A stretch of 52,159 nt of DNA from Limisphaerales bacterium (GCA_044225505.1 JBGAIN010000040.1:1-52159); one strand, 5' to 3'. Shown: positions 28,981 to 40,239, numbered from the stretch's first letter. Notes: generated by a model not told the origin, from the sequence alone. Translations and numbers: made by a program.

Positions 28981-30216
28981 ATGCCCGAGGAACAATCTAA
29001 TCTTCTTGATGCGGTGACGCGTGCTCCCAGCTCGGGAACCAGTTCTCCGGCGCAGGAGATCGTTGTTGCAGTTCGCGGCTTAACGAAAGTGTTCAAGGAC
29101 TTTTGGGGTCGGCCCAAGGCGCGGGCGGTGGATCAAGTCGACTTTGAAGTTCGCCGTGGCGAAGTGTTTGGGTTGTTGGGGCCGAACGGCTCCGGGAAGT
29201 CCACCACCGTCAAAATGCTGTTAGGGCTGCTTTACCCAACCAAAGGTCACATTGAAGTGTTTGGACATTCGCCCAGGCACGTGCCAACCAAATCGCGCAT
29301 CGGTTACCTCCCAGAAGAGTCGTATCTCTATCGGTATTTGGACTCAGACGAGACTCTCAACTTCTTTGGTAATCTGTTTTCGCTGCCTGCAGGGGAACGC
29401 CGGCAACGTGCCGAGCAACTGGTCGAAATGGTCGGACTCACTCAGGCGCGGCGGCGTCAAGTTGGCGAGTTTTCCAAGGGCATGCAACGCCGGATTGGAT
29501 TGGCGCAAGCCCTGATCAATGATCCGGACCTTGTCATACTCGATGAACCGACGGCGGGTTTAGATCCGATTGGTTGTCGCGAAGTGAAGGACTTGATTTT
29601 GGCGCTCGCGCAGCGAGGCAAGACGGTCATTCTTTCCAGTCACTTGCTGGCCGACGTTGAGGATGTCTGCGATCGCGTCGTAATCTACTACGGTGGAAGG
29701 ATTCAAGCGATGGGAACGTTGCAGGAATTGCTGGCCACTCCTGATCAACTCCGGATTACCGTGCCGTTGCTTCCTCGCCCCACACTGGAGCGATTGCTGG
29801 AGACGGTGCGTCGCGATGTGGCGGCGGATAAGATTCGCATCGATACGCCGACCCAGAACTTGGAGAATTACTTTTTGGGTGTAGTCCAAAGGGCGAAGCA
29901 GACCGAGGCTGCGACGTCGGGTGCGACGTCAGGCAACAAGGTGGCAGCCTACCTCAGAGGTTCGGCCGATGCTCCAGTCTCGCAGGCGGATAAAGTATTG
30001 GAGCGTTTAACCGTTTCTTCTAAACTGGCACCCGCTGGGGGGAGCGTGGTCCCAAGTCAGGCGGAGGATAAGGTTGATCACGGGAAACTCGCTGAATTAT
30101 CCAAAGCACCAGGCCCTACACCCACAGCCCCTTCTGCGCAATCGAGTGGACCGGAGACGCCAGCCAATCTGGAGAAAGCCAACGAGAAGCTCTCCAATTT
30201 GTTGGGCAAAAAGTGA
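28981..30216 (+). CDS. ABC transporter ATP-binding protein with low-complexity C-terminal extension
   Basis: Walker A GPNGSGKS, signature FSKGM, Walker B VILDEP, H-loop SSH; ATG 28981 preferred. Confidence 0.92.
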   Translation: MPEEQSNLLDAVTRAPSSGTSSPAQEIVVAVRGLTKVFKDFWGRPKARAVDQVDFEVRRGEVFGLLGPNGSGKSTTVKMLLGLLYPTKGHIEVFGHSPRHVPTKSRIGYLPEESYLYRYLDSDETLNFFGNLFSLPAGERRQRAEQLVEMVGLTQARRRQVGEFSKGMQRRIGLAQALINDPDLVILDEPTAGLDPIGCREVKDLILALAQRGKTVILSSHLLADVEDVCDRVVIYYGGRIQAMGTLQELLATPDQLRITVPLLPRPTLERLLETVRRDVAADKIRIDTPTQNLENYFLGVVQRAKQTEAATSGATSGNKVAAYLRGSADAPVSQADKVLERLTVSSKLAPAGGSVVPSQAEDKVDHGKLAELSKAPGPTPTAPSAQSSGPETPANLEKANEKLSNLLGKK

Positions 30217-30231
30217 TTCTGACCTCCCCTT

Positions 30232-31617
30232 GTGATGCAACGCGTTTGGGCTATCTCCTGGCTGACAGTTAAAGCGGCGTTTCGCTTTCGACTGGTCTCC
30301 ATGCTGTCGGTGATTCTGCTGGGAGGGGTGATCGTTCTGCCGCTCATATTAAAGGACGATGGCACCGCGCGTGGCTTTACCCAGATCCTTTTAACTTACA
30401 CTCTGTCTTTAATCACGGCCTTACTTGGCTTTGCCACCTTATGGCTGGCTTGCGGAACGCTCGCGCGGGATGTGGAAGAGTGCCAGATTCAGATGGTCGT
30501 CGTTAAGCCCGTCTTCCGCTGGCAGATTTGGATCGGTAAATGGCTCGGGATTCTGGCGGTCAACGCCTTGCTCCTCGGCCTTTCGGCTGGCGCGGTTTTC
30601 CTGCTCTTGCAATGGCGCGCCCAACGCTTGCCACCGGCGCAGCAATCCATCTTGCGCAATGAGATTCTCGTAGCCCGCGCTTCTTCCAAACCACCCGTTC
30701 CCGACTACGAACCGGAAGTGCGACGCATTTTGCAGCAGAAACTTAAGGAGAGCCCAGTGCCGCTTTCCGACGTGGAATACGTTCGTAAACAAATTCGTGA
30801 GCAATTGAAAGCGTCCGACCAAATTGCGCCACCGGATTACCGCAAGCCCTGGATCCTGGATCTGGGAGTGGCGAAAGACGGGTTGCGCGATCGGCCGCTT
30901 TACCTCCGAGTGAAATTCAATGCGGCGCAGCCAAGCCCAAGTAAGACATACCGAGGAATCTGGGTGGTGGGAGATTTTGACGCAGCGGGGGCCTACCGGA
31001 CGGAGGAAATGAGCCTGGCGGCAGATACGTTTCATGAGTTTGTCGTTCCTCCTAATCTGCTCGATGCCAATGGCAAACTGACGATCAACTTCATCAACCG
31101 GAGCGAGTCTGTTCTCCTTTTCCCTCTGGAAGACGGAATCGAGATACTTTATAGGCAAGGCGGATTTGGACCTAACTTCGCCCGCGGAGTGGGAATCGTA
31201 TTTTTGTGGCTGGCTTTTATGGCGGCGGTAGGATTGATGGCATCCAGTTTTCTCTCCTTCCCGGTAGCGGCGTTTTTCTCGATTGGAGTTTTAATCGTGG
31301 GGATGTCCACGGGCACCATCTCGCTTATCCTGGAGCAGGGGACTATTTTCGAAGTGAATCATGAGACGGGAGTGGCGGATAGCCCAACCTCGGTCGACCG
31401 TTTGGCGCTGCCGCTCTTCCGTGCTTTGTTGAATCTCATCAACTTGGTTCGCGGCTTTTCGCCTATCGACGCCCTGAGCACCGGCCGAAGCGTGACTTGG
31501 GGCGAGTTGGGCTTGGCGTTCGCACAGATCGGCGTTTTGCTGTGCGGTATTTTGGCGACCATCGGCATCGTGGTTTTTTCACGGCGAGAGTTAGCGACGG
31601 CTCAGGGCACTCATTAA
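30232..31617 (+). CDS. ABC-2-type transporter permease with large extracytoplasmic domain
   Basis: RDVEECQIQMVVVKPVFRWQIWIGKWLG, about 190 aa hydrophilic insert, C-terminal FSRRELA. Confidence 0.85.
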   Translation: MMQRVWAISWLTVKAAFRFRLVSMLSVILLGGVIVLPLILKDDGTARGFTQILLTYTLSLITALLGFATLWLACGTLARDVEECQIQMVVVKPVFRWQIWIGKWLGILAVNALLLGLSAGAVFLLLQWRAQRLPPAQQSILRNEILVARASSKPPVPDYEPEVRRILQQKLKESPVPLSDVEYVRKQIREQLKASDQIAPPDYRKPWILDLGVAKDGLRDRPLYLRVKFNAAQPSPSKTYRGIWVVGDFDAAGAYRTEEMSLAADTFHEFVVPPNLLDANGKLTINFINRSESVLLFPLEDGIEILYRQGGFGPNFARGVGIVFLWLAFMAAVGLMASSFLSFPVAAFFSIGVLIVGMSTGTISLILEQGTIFEVNHETGVADSPTSVDRLALPLFRALLNLINLVRGFSPIDALSTGRSVTWGELGLAFAQIGVLLCGILATIGIVVFSRRELATAQGTH

Positions 31618-31630
31618 CTAGCAACGGCGC

Positions 31631-33218
31631 ATGCCCGATTCTTCCAGCAAAACCCCACTCGCCACCTCGACGCCGGCAGGCGCCCGTCGGGTGAATCAAC
31701 GCGTCGTGCAAACGGACCGCCAAGCTCGGTTTGGTGCTCAAGTGTACCGAATTACGCTGGTCGCAGCATGCTTGACTTTCCTGGTCTTGGTATCCTTCAT
31801 TCAATCGCGCCTCAACGTGGCTCGCGATCGCTTAGGACTCACCCGCGTGACACCGTTGGAGAATGCCCCGCCTGTCCTTGCTTTTACGACTGTGGCACTG
31901 GGTGGGTTTCGGGGTTTGATTGCCAATGCACTGTGGATCCGTGCGTCCGATCTTCAAGACGAAGATAAGTACTTCGAAATGGTCCAGCTCGCCGATTGGA
32001 TCACCAAACTGGAGCCCCATTTTGTGACCGTTTGGGTGCATCAGGCCTGGAACATGGCCTACAATATTTCCATTAAATTCACAGACCCCGCCGACCGATG
32101 GCAGTGGGTTAAGCGCGGCATTGAGCTGCTGCGCGACGATGGATTGCGCTATAATCCCAACGAGCCGCTCCTCTACCGGGAGTTAGCCTGGTTCTTTCAA
32201 CATAAGATGGGAGCGGATTTGGACGACGCGCACAACTACTACAAAGCGGTCTGGGTTCACGAGATGAACAACTTGTTCGGACGAGGCCGGCCGAACTTTG
32301 ATGAGCTCATCCAGCCGGCTACGCCCGAAGCGAAGCAACGAGCTGACACCCTCCGGAATCAGTTCAAGATGCGGCCAGATTGGATGAAGGAGGTCGATGA
32401 ACAGTACGGTCCTCTGGAATGGCATCTACCCGAGAGCCACGCGATCTATTGGGCGTACATCGCTCTAAAGAAGACGGAAGAGCGAAAATTGAAGAAAGAA
32501 GACTTGATCACATGTCGCCGGGTCATATTTCAATCGCTGCAATTGGCTTTCCGACGTGGCCGCCTGGTTTACCCAAGCAAGAACAGTGAAGCTTTCTTGT
32601 ATGCGCCCAATCTTGACGTCGTTGCCCAGGCGGACAAGGCCTACTTACAGATGATGGAGCTCGAGCCGCACATGCGCGATAATATTGCGAACGGCCATAA
32701 GAACTTCATCCGCTGGGCGGTTTATTACTTGTATGTTTACGGGCAAAAAGGACAAGCGGAGCATTGGTGGAGTTTACCTCCAGGAAAAATATCCGGCCGT
32801 GATTCGGCCAGGCCAAGATCTAGAGCAATATGCTCTCGAGCGCGCCCAAGAAACCGTCGGTGAGACCAGCCATGACGATGCCAAGGCTGTCATTGTCGGT
32901 TTTGTCCGGGAAGCCTTCTGGAACATGGCTTTGGGAGAGGAAGCAAAGGCGTTGAATTACCTGAACTTCGCCGAGAGGTTTCGGGAACGATTCCAAGCCG
33001 AAGTGGGCAAGTCGGTGGATCGCGTCGGTCTCCCAGAGTTGAAAGAAATCAAACGAACGGTGCTGGATCAGATGCTCGATCCTGACACCGGGTTAGATCC
33101 AGTGCTCGCGGCGCAATTACGCACAAATCTCGGTTTGCCAGCCGGGACCAACGCCGTGCCAAGCCAACCCGCGCCAGCTCCGCCGTCGACCAATGCGGCT
33201 CCCGCACGATCCAACTAG
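31631..33218 (+). CDS. Membrane-anchored helical (TPR-like) protein, split by a 1 nt frameshift near 32773 (about 528 aa if joined)
   Basis: ORF 31631-32863 and ORF 32685-33218 join as ...AEHWWS/YLQEKYP... on removing one T from AGTTTAC; motifs LGGFRGLIANALW, ITKLEPHF..VW...AWNMAYNIS. Confidence 0.72.
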
Positions 33219-33222
33219 AGTT

Positions 33223-34314
33223 ATGAGCCAGAGAGTTGCACCCGACGAAGTCTGTCAGAAGGTCTGGGATGGAGAACGTATCGATGCGACCGAAGCCCGG
33301 GAATTGTATGAACTTCCTTTAGAGGAATTGGGTTCTCTGGCCGATCGCCGGCGTCAGTTGGCGAAAGCGACGGCTTACCAGGGGCGGGGGAACGAGATCG
33401 TCACGTATATTGTTGACCGAAATATCAACTATACCAACGTCTGCAACGTCTACTGTAAATTCTGCGCCTTCTACCGAGTGGAAGGGGATGCAGATGCTTA
33501 CGTGATCTCTTTCGACGAGCTCGATCGTAAGATCGACGAGACCTTGGCCCAGGGCGGGACGCAGATTCTGATCCAAGGTGGTCACCATCCGAAACTGACT
33601 CTCCAATGGTATTTAGATTTGCTCGCGCATACGAAAGCCAAGTTTCCTCAGATCAATATTCATGGGTTTAGCCCGAGCGAATTTATTCATTTTCAAGAAG
33701 TTTTCGGCTTGCCGGTCGACGACATCCTCCGGCAGTTTGCGCAGGCAGGCCTTGGTTCAGTTCCCGGTGGGGGAGGCGAGATTTTGGTGGATCGTGTGCG
33801 TCGGCGGGTCTCGCCGTTGAAAGCCATGAGCGACGATTGGATTCGCGTGATGGATTCAGCGCATCGACTAGGATTACGTTCATCGGCGACCATGATGTTC
33901 GGACATGTCGAAACGATCGAAGAACGTATTGAGCATCTGGAACGAGTTCGGGTGCAACAGGACAAGACAAAAGGTTTCACTGCGTTTATTGCGTGGACGT
34001 TTCAGGCGGAGAATACTCGGCTGCGGGCGCCTACGGTTGGTGCTCAGGAATACTTGCGAACCCAGGCGCTCAGTCGCATCTACCTCGACAATTTCGAGAA
34101 TATCCAGAGTTCATGGGTGACTCAGGGGCCTGATATCGGTCAAGTCGCTCTGAAATATGGAGCAAACGATCTGGGAAGTATTATGATCGAGGAAAACGTC
34201 GTTTCCCAGGCCGGTGCAACGTTCCGAATGGGGGTCGATGACATGCATCGGCTCATCCGGGATTTGGGCTACGAACCGCGTCAACGCGACAATTGGTATC
34301 GGCTGCTCAATTGA
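33223..34314 (+). CDS. mqnC: Cyclic dehypoxanthine futalosine synthase (radical SAM)
   Basis: VTYIVDRNINYTNVCNVYCKFCAFYR, QGGHHP, PGGGGEIL, SATMMFGHVE, QSSWVTQG, GANDLGSIMIEENVV; ATG 33223. Confidence 0.9.
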   Translation: MSQRVAPDEVCQKVWDGERIDATEARELYELPLEELGSLADRRRQLAKATAYQGRGNEIVTYIVDRNINYTNVCNVYCKFCAFYRVEGDADAYVISFDELDRKIDETLAQGGTQILIQGGHHPKLTLQWYLDLLAHTKAKFPQINIHGFSPSEFIHFQEVFGLPVDDILRQFAQAGLGSVPGGGGEILVDRVRRRVSPLKAMSDDWIRVMDSAHRLGLRSSATMMFGHVETIEERIEHLERVRVQQDKTKGFTAFIAWTFQAENTRLRAPTVGAQEYLRTQALSRIYLDNFENIQSSWVTQGPDIGQVALKYGANDLGSIMIEENVVSQAGATFRMGVDDMHRLIRDLGYEPRQRDNWYRLLN

Positions 34315-34334
34315 TATTGAGCGGACCGCGCGGC

Positions 34335-36143
34335 TCACCGGCAGAGAACGAAAATAGCCAGATCTGCGTTGAGGTTGGGATCGTCAAAAACCTCCACTCC
34401 GCGCTCCGTATCCAGGGCGATGGAACGCTGAATTTTGAACTTGGCCTCCTGACAGAGACTTTCAAAGTCAGCGATCGATAAGAACCTAATGTCAGGCGTG
34501 TCATACCACCGATCTCTCAACCAACCGTAGCCGCGTGGCGCTCGTCCTTCCTGCGCGAGAATGAGCCGAAGTTTGCGGAAGGCCAAATTCGGAAAACTGA
34601 CAATGGCGGTGCTTCCGACCCGTAACATCTCCGTGAGGACCCCCTTCACGTCGTAAACCGCTTGCAGCGTCTGGGACAAGACTACGCAGTCAAATTGCTT
34701 TTCCGTAAATGCGGTCAATCCTCGATTCAGGTCGGCTTGAATAACATCCAAGCCGCGCTGGATGCACTTGAGAACTTGGGCCTCGTCCAATTCCACGCCC
34801 ATTAACCGGCGGTCCGACCCATGCCGAAGCTGAGCTAAGAGGCGGCCCGAGCCGCAGCCTAAATCGAGCACACTCGCCTGCGCGGGGATCAGTTCGACGA
34901 TCCGGTCGTAGTCCAATCGGCGTTCGTGAAAAATGCTGGTCGGGCCGTGAGTGTCCGGCTCGTCGCTCGCGGTTGGCTGCGCGCTTTCCTGGGAGACTGG
35001 CAAGTGAGCCAAGAACGCTCGCACCATCTCGCCGTAACTGGCGAAGTCGTCCTGGAGCAGGAAGGCGTCATGGCCACAGGTGCTATGGATGTTGCAGTAA
35101 CTGGCGCGGGAGTTGTTCAAGAGCAGACCGTTCACCAGATCCCGGGATTGATCTGGCGGGAAGAGCCAGTCCGTGCTGAAGCTCAACACCAGCCAGCGGC
35201 AGCAAGCCGGTTTGAGCTTGGTAGCGAGGTCCGCGGCGGTTCGTCCCAGATCGAAGAGATCCATGGCCATGGAAAGCGCGACGTAACTGTTGGCATCAAA
35301 ACGCTCGACGAATTTTGCTCCTTGATAACCCAGATAGGATCCTACAGAAAAAGTCTTCTCAAAATCGCCGGCGAGCGCTCGCGGTTGCAGCCGGTCCGAT
35401 TCGAACTTTTCCTTCATCGCTTCGCGGGAAAGATAGGTGATGTGGCCAATCATTCGGGCGATGGCCAAACCAACCTCCGGGCCGCGCTCCTGATCATAAT
35501 ATTGTCCGTCACAATAATTCGGATCACGACGGATCGCATTGCGCCCTACGACATCAAAGGCCAGTGCCTGGCTCGTGAGGCGCGGCGTGGCTAGCGCAAC
35601 GATCGACTCCACCCAGCCTGGATAGCGATGTGCCCACGTTAGTGCTTGGTGGCCGCCGATCGAGCCGCCGATGATGGATTGCAGTCGGGAAATCCCTAGG
35701 TGCGACAGGAGGAGGCGTTGCACTTCGACCATGTCGCCAATTGTGATAACCGGGAAATCACGTCCGTCCGGTTTTTGGGTTCCTGGGTTCAGGCTCCCTG
35801 GACCGGTAGTGCCGCGGCACCCTCCGAGAAGGTTCGGACAGATTACAAACCATCGATTCGTGTCGACAGGTTTGCCCGGCCCGACCAAAAGGTCCCACCA
35901 ACCTGGATCATCTTCGGGGTTGTGTTGCGCGACATGGGAATCTCCGCTGATGGCATGACAGATTAGAACCGCGTTGGAACAGGTCGTGTTAAGTTTGCCG
36001 TAGGTCTCATAAGCGACTGTCACGCTGGGAAGCGAGCCGCCGAGTTCCAGCGGAAAAGGTCCCTCAAACGATACGGTCTGCACGAACGGCAACGGTTTGT
36101 TGTGGCGCGTACTGTCGCTGCTATCAAAGTTCGGATCAGACAC
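34335..36143 (-). CDS. metX: Homoserine O-acyltransferase MetX fused to a MetW methyltransferase-like domain
   Basis: CHAISG, GGCRGTTGP, GGSIGG, RFDANSY, DWLFPP, GHDAFLL; C-terminal VLDLGCGSG, VVLSQTLQ, IVSFPN, WYDTP.I (MetW). Confidence 0.9.
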   Translation of the reverse strand: MSDPNFDSSDSTRHNKPLPFVQTVSFEGPFPLELGGSLPSVTVAYETYGKLNTTCSNAVLICHAISGDSHVAQHNPEDDPGWWDLLVGPGKPVDTNRWFVICPNLLGGCRGTTGPGSLNPGTQKPDGRDFPVITIGDMVEVQRLLLSHLGISRLQSIIGGSIGGHQALTWAHRYPGWVESIVALATPRLTSQALAFDVVGRNAIRRDPNYCDGQYYDQERGPEVGLAIARMIGHITYLSREAMKEKFESDRLQPRALAGDFEKTFSVGSYLGYQGAKFVERFDANSYVALSMAMDLFDLGRTAADLATKLKPACCRWLVLSFSTDWLFPPDQSRDLVNGLLLNNSRASYCNIHSTCGHDAFLLQDDFASYGEMVRAFLAHLPVSQESAQPTASDEPDTHGPTSIFHERRLDYDRIVELIPAQASVLDLGCGSGRLLAQLRHGSDRRLMGVELDEAQVLKCIQRGLDVIQADLNRGLTAFTEKQFDCVVLSQTLQAVYDVKGVLTEMLRVGSTAIVSFPNLAFRKLRLILAQEGRAPRGYGWLRDRWYDTPDIRFLSIADFESLCQEAKFKIQRSIALDTERGVEVFDDPNLNADLAIFVLCR

Positions 36144-36207
36144 AATCAGAAAGGTCGGAAAGAATCTTGAATCGTCGCACTAACCACCTGTTCAAAAACT
36201 AACTTCC

Positions 36208-37671
<1,464 letters not shown>

Positions 37672-37938
37672 TCAGGCAAACGCGAGCCCAATACGGTCGG
37701 TCGTCAGCGCCAGTGGTTTCCAGGCTTTGGGGGCGTGCGGAACCTGGACCGTTGCGTTCAAGATCAGGGAGTGGCCAGTTCCGACGATGACGCCTACGCT
37801 GCCTCGCCCTGGCGCGACGTTGGATACGGGAGTTCTCAATCCGAGATTCAAGATCGCTGGCCTGGGCTTCGTGGTATTGCCGTTGTTGCAGCCGAATCGA
37901 TCGACGATTGCCTTGCCCCCAAAGGGGGCTCGACAACA

Positions 37939-38145
37939 CTAGCAAACCTCTCCCATTTGAATCGACACCTCAAGCAAAGAACCGCATTGCAAGACCAGCT
38001 CCATGCCGATCAATTCCCGTCTCCGGCAGAGTTCTAATGCCGCCTGGATATTCGGTAGGTTATAAGCCTCGTCTAGATCAATCGTAAAGCGACCATCCTG
38101 CCGGATAAAGTAGTTGGTCCCCGACGCACGTAGCACCCATTTCAT
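37939..38145 (-). CDS. Small hypothetical protein (68 aa)
   Basis: ATG ORF with protein-like pattern MKWVLR..T..F...G.FT....A......A...C; resembles small Verrucomicrobia hypotheticals. Confidence 0.55.
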   Translation of the reverse strand: MKWVLRASGTNYFIRQDGRFTIDLDEAYNLPNIQAALELCRRRELIGMELVLQCGSLLEVSIQMGEVC

Positions 38146-38202
38146 GCCTTGTGACCCCTTTGGCGCTCGAGAGTTCCGTCTAAAGTGCAGCCCCAGCTAA
38201 GA

Positions 38203-38391
38203 TTACTTGCGATTCTTTTTCTGAGGGAGTTTCGATCGCTTTGTTTTAGCAAAGTCCCGCAGCTCGCTCTGGTTCATCGACTCAAACATGCTCTTCGACG
38301 CTCCCCGCAAACTCGCTTTGCTTTTGCCTCCTCGTTTGGCCGCCAGCGCAGCTCCGGCCGCCATTTGCTGTTTCTTGGATTTAGCAGGCAT
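38203..38391 (-). CDS. DUF3008 family small basic protein
   Basis: MPAKSKKQQMAAGAALAAKRG...LRGASKSMFESM...ELRDFA.TKR..LP. Confidence 0.88.
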   Translation of the reverse strand: MPAKSKKQQMAAGAALAAKRGGKSKASLRGASKSMFESMNQSELRDFAKTKRSKLPQKKNRK

Positions 38392-38506
38392 CGTCTAATA
38401 ACGCTCATACTCCTCCAACCCGCAACCTGGCAGGTCGGACTTTTCTTCGGAGCCTCTTTTAAAAGTCAGGAAGAGCCGTGAGTTGTCCCCGTCGATCCTC
38501 AAGGTA

Positions 38507-38788
38507 TCACGATTCACTCCGTTTCTTGTCACAATCCAGGATGTATCGTTGGGCAATCCGAAGGAGCTGCGCGCCGGTCTTGATCCGGAGCTTTGCTTGG
38601 ACGGCCGCTTTTACCGAATGCAACTCTCCATTTGTGAAGCCGAACTCGGATTGCGCCTGCCCGGGGGAGTAACCTTGACCCAATATCGAAAACAGTTCCA
38701 GCTCGCGTTCGGTCAGTTCGTCCAAGTCATTCTTGAGTTTTGGGCTGTTTTCCTGGCCGAGGATTCGAGCCAATTGAGCGCGCGTCAT
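38507..38788 (-). CDS. Stand-alone LuxR/NarL-type HTH-like protein (degenerate)
   Basis: LDELTERELELFSILGQG...KLRIKTGAQLLRIA resembles a NarL C-terminal domain; recognition-helix residues diverged; no receiver domain. Confidence 0.6.
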   Translation of the reverse strand: MTRAQLARILGQENSPKLKNDLDELTERELELFSILGQGYSPGQAQSEFGFTNGELHSVKAAVQAKLRIKTGAQLLRIAQRYILDCDKKRSES

Positions 38789-38873
38789 AAACCTAGCGTA
38801 AAGTTACTGCGCGCATTCCGCCGGCAAGTCGACGTAGGAAAAAGTTACAGGCGTCTCCCGCGTGGCAATCGCG

Positions 38874-39272
38874 CTAGGCAGATTTTCGCTTGGGTCGTTT
38901 GGGTAAGCCAGCCCTTCGGCTGGTTTTCTTTGGCTTGAGGCGACGCACTGCGGCATTGGGAGTGGCTGTGGCAGTGGCTGTGGCTGGTGGAGGCGGCGCC
39001 TCGGCCGCAGCGGTCGTTTCGGGTGTTACCGGCGAGTCGGACGCTTTTGGGGCGGTCTTATCGTGGATAGTCTGTCGGACCTGCTCAAGCTTTCGCTCGA
39101 CCTCGGTCTTGGCGCGCCCGACCGCTTGCTGGCTCAGGTTGATCGTGTCCGCAAGGACCTGACACCCCTTTTGAATCGTTCGGGTGTAAGAGCCTTCTTG
39201 GAGGTCGACCCCTTTGCTCTTGAGGAACTGCTGCACGTGTGTGAATAGCTCGTCCTTCGAGATTGAATTCAT
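38874..39272 (-). CDS. Hypothetical protein with Ala/Pro/Thr linker and Lys/Arg-rich tail
   Basis: ATG 39272; helical N-domain, ATATATAT linker, tail VRRLKPKKTSRRAGLPKRPKRKSA. Confidence 0.65.
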   Translation of the reverse strand: MNSISKDELFTHVQQFLKSKGVDLQEGSYTRTIQKGCQVLADTINLSQQAVGRAKTEVERKLEQVRQTIHDKTAPKASDSPVTPETTAAAEAPPPPATATATATPNAAVRRLKPKKTSRRAGLPKRPKRKSA

Positions 39273-39508
39273 GGCATTTTCATGCCTGAGCTCAAGCCTT
39301 CCAGCAATTACAGCTGTTAGGAGCATTTGTAGTGGGCCCCAACGTGTCTGACAAAGAGAGTTCCCGTTTGCGAAATATGCGTGCTCCAGAGGGGCCTCTC
39401 CGCTCGTTATCTCTTCGGATTTATCCCAACGCGAAAGTCCTCATCCGTGGTTTGTTGGATTGCGAATTCAGGATTGAAAACAGATCTTAAGGTCTAAACA
39501 CTCGCCCG

Positions 39509-39844
39509 ATGACCGTTCCTGAGGACAAACAGAAGGGTGAGGCAGTCAAGTGCTCCGCGTGTGGTCACTTGAACGCCAAGCGCCAGAGTCGATGCGAATC
39601 GTGCGGCGTGCATCTCTATGTTTCGTGCCGACGCTGTGGACGAGGCAACGAGCGGACCTTATCCCGTTGCGTGGAGTGCGGGAGCAAACTGCATCGCTCC
39701 TGGGTGAAGCGCAGCTCCGGCCGCCTTTTCGGAGTTGGGCGACAGATATCCGTCATCCAAATTGTCCTGCTGGTGCTGGCTATCCTTGTCGGTTTTTTGT
39801 TGGTCATTAAACTTGCCGGATTTTCTTCTCCTCCACCGGAGTAG
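39509..39844 (+). CDS. Double zinc-ribbon protein with C-terminal TM helix
   Basis: Four CxxC pairs (CSAC, CESC, CRRC, CVEC) and hydrophobic IVLLVLAILVGFLLVI. Confidence 0.8.
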   Translation: MTVPEDKQKGEAVKCSACGHLNAKRQSRCESCGVHLYVSCRRCGRGNERTLSRCVECGSKLHRSWVKRSSGRLFGVGRQISVIQIVLLVLAILVGFLLVIKLAGFSSPPPE

Positions 39845-39876
39845 CACAAGGCGTGGCAGTAACCCGAGTGGCTTAG

Positions 39877-40239
39877 TCACTCTGGAGATCGCCTGTCAGC
39901 CACCTGCGTGATTGCGGTGGTCAAATCTTCCAGTGAAAAGGGCTTATGCATCCAGCATGTGATGTCCGGCGACGTTCGTCGGGACGTGCTCCCACTCATG
40001 AGGATGATCGGGAGGGACGGATGTCGCTTGCGCGCCTCACGGGCGAAAGTATATCCGTCCATTCCGGGCATCTTAGAGTCCGTCAAGACGACGTCGAATC
40101 GGGACGAGTCCAGTTTGCGGAGCGCTTCCATTCCGCTGGTCGCGACATCCACCTGATGCCCAATATGCCCGACCAATAGTTCCAGTGATTCAAGAACGAG
40201 AGGATCATCGTCCACTACGAGCACATGACGTCCGGGCAT
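39877..40239 (-). CDS. Single-domain response regulator (CheY-like)
   Basis: VLVVDDD, phosphoacceptor LTDSKMPGMDG, IILMSG, KPFS. Confidence 0.9.
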   Translation of the reverse strand: MPGRHVLVVDDDPLVLESLELLVGHIGHQVDVATSGMEALRKLDSSRFDVVLTDSKMPGMDGYTFAREARKRHPSLPIILMSGSTSRRTSPDITCWMHKPFSLEDLTTAITQVADRRSPE

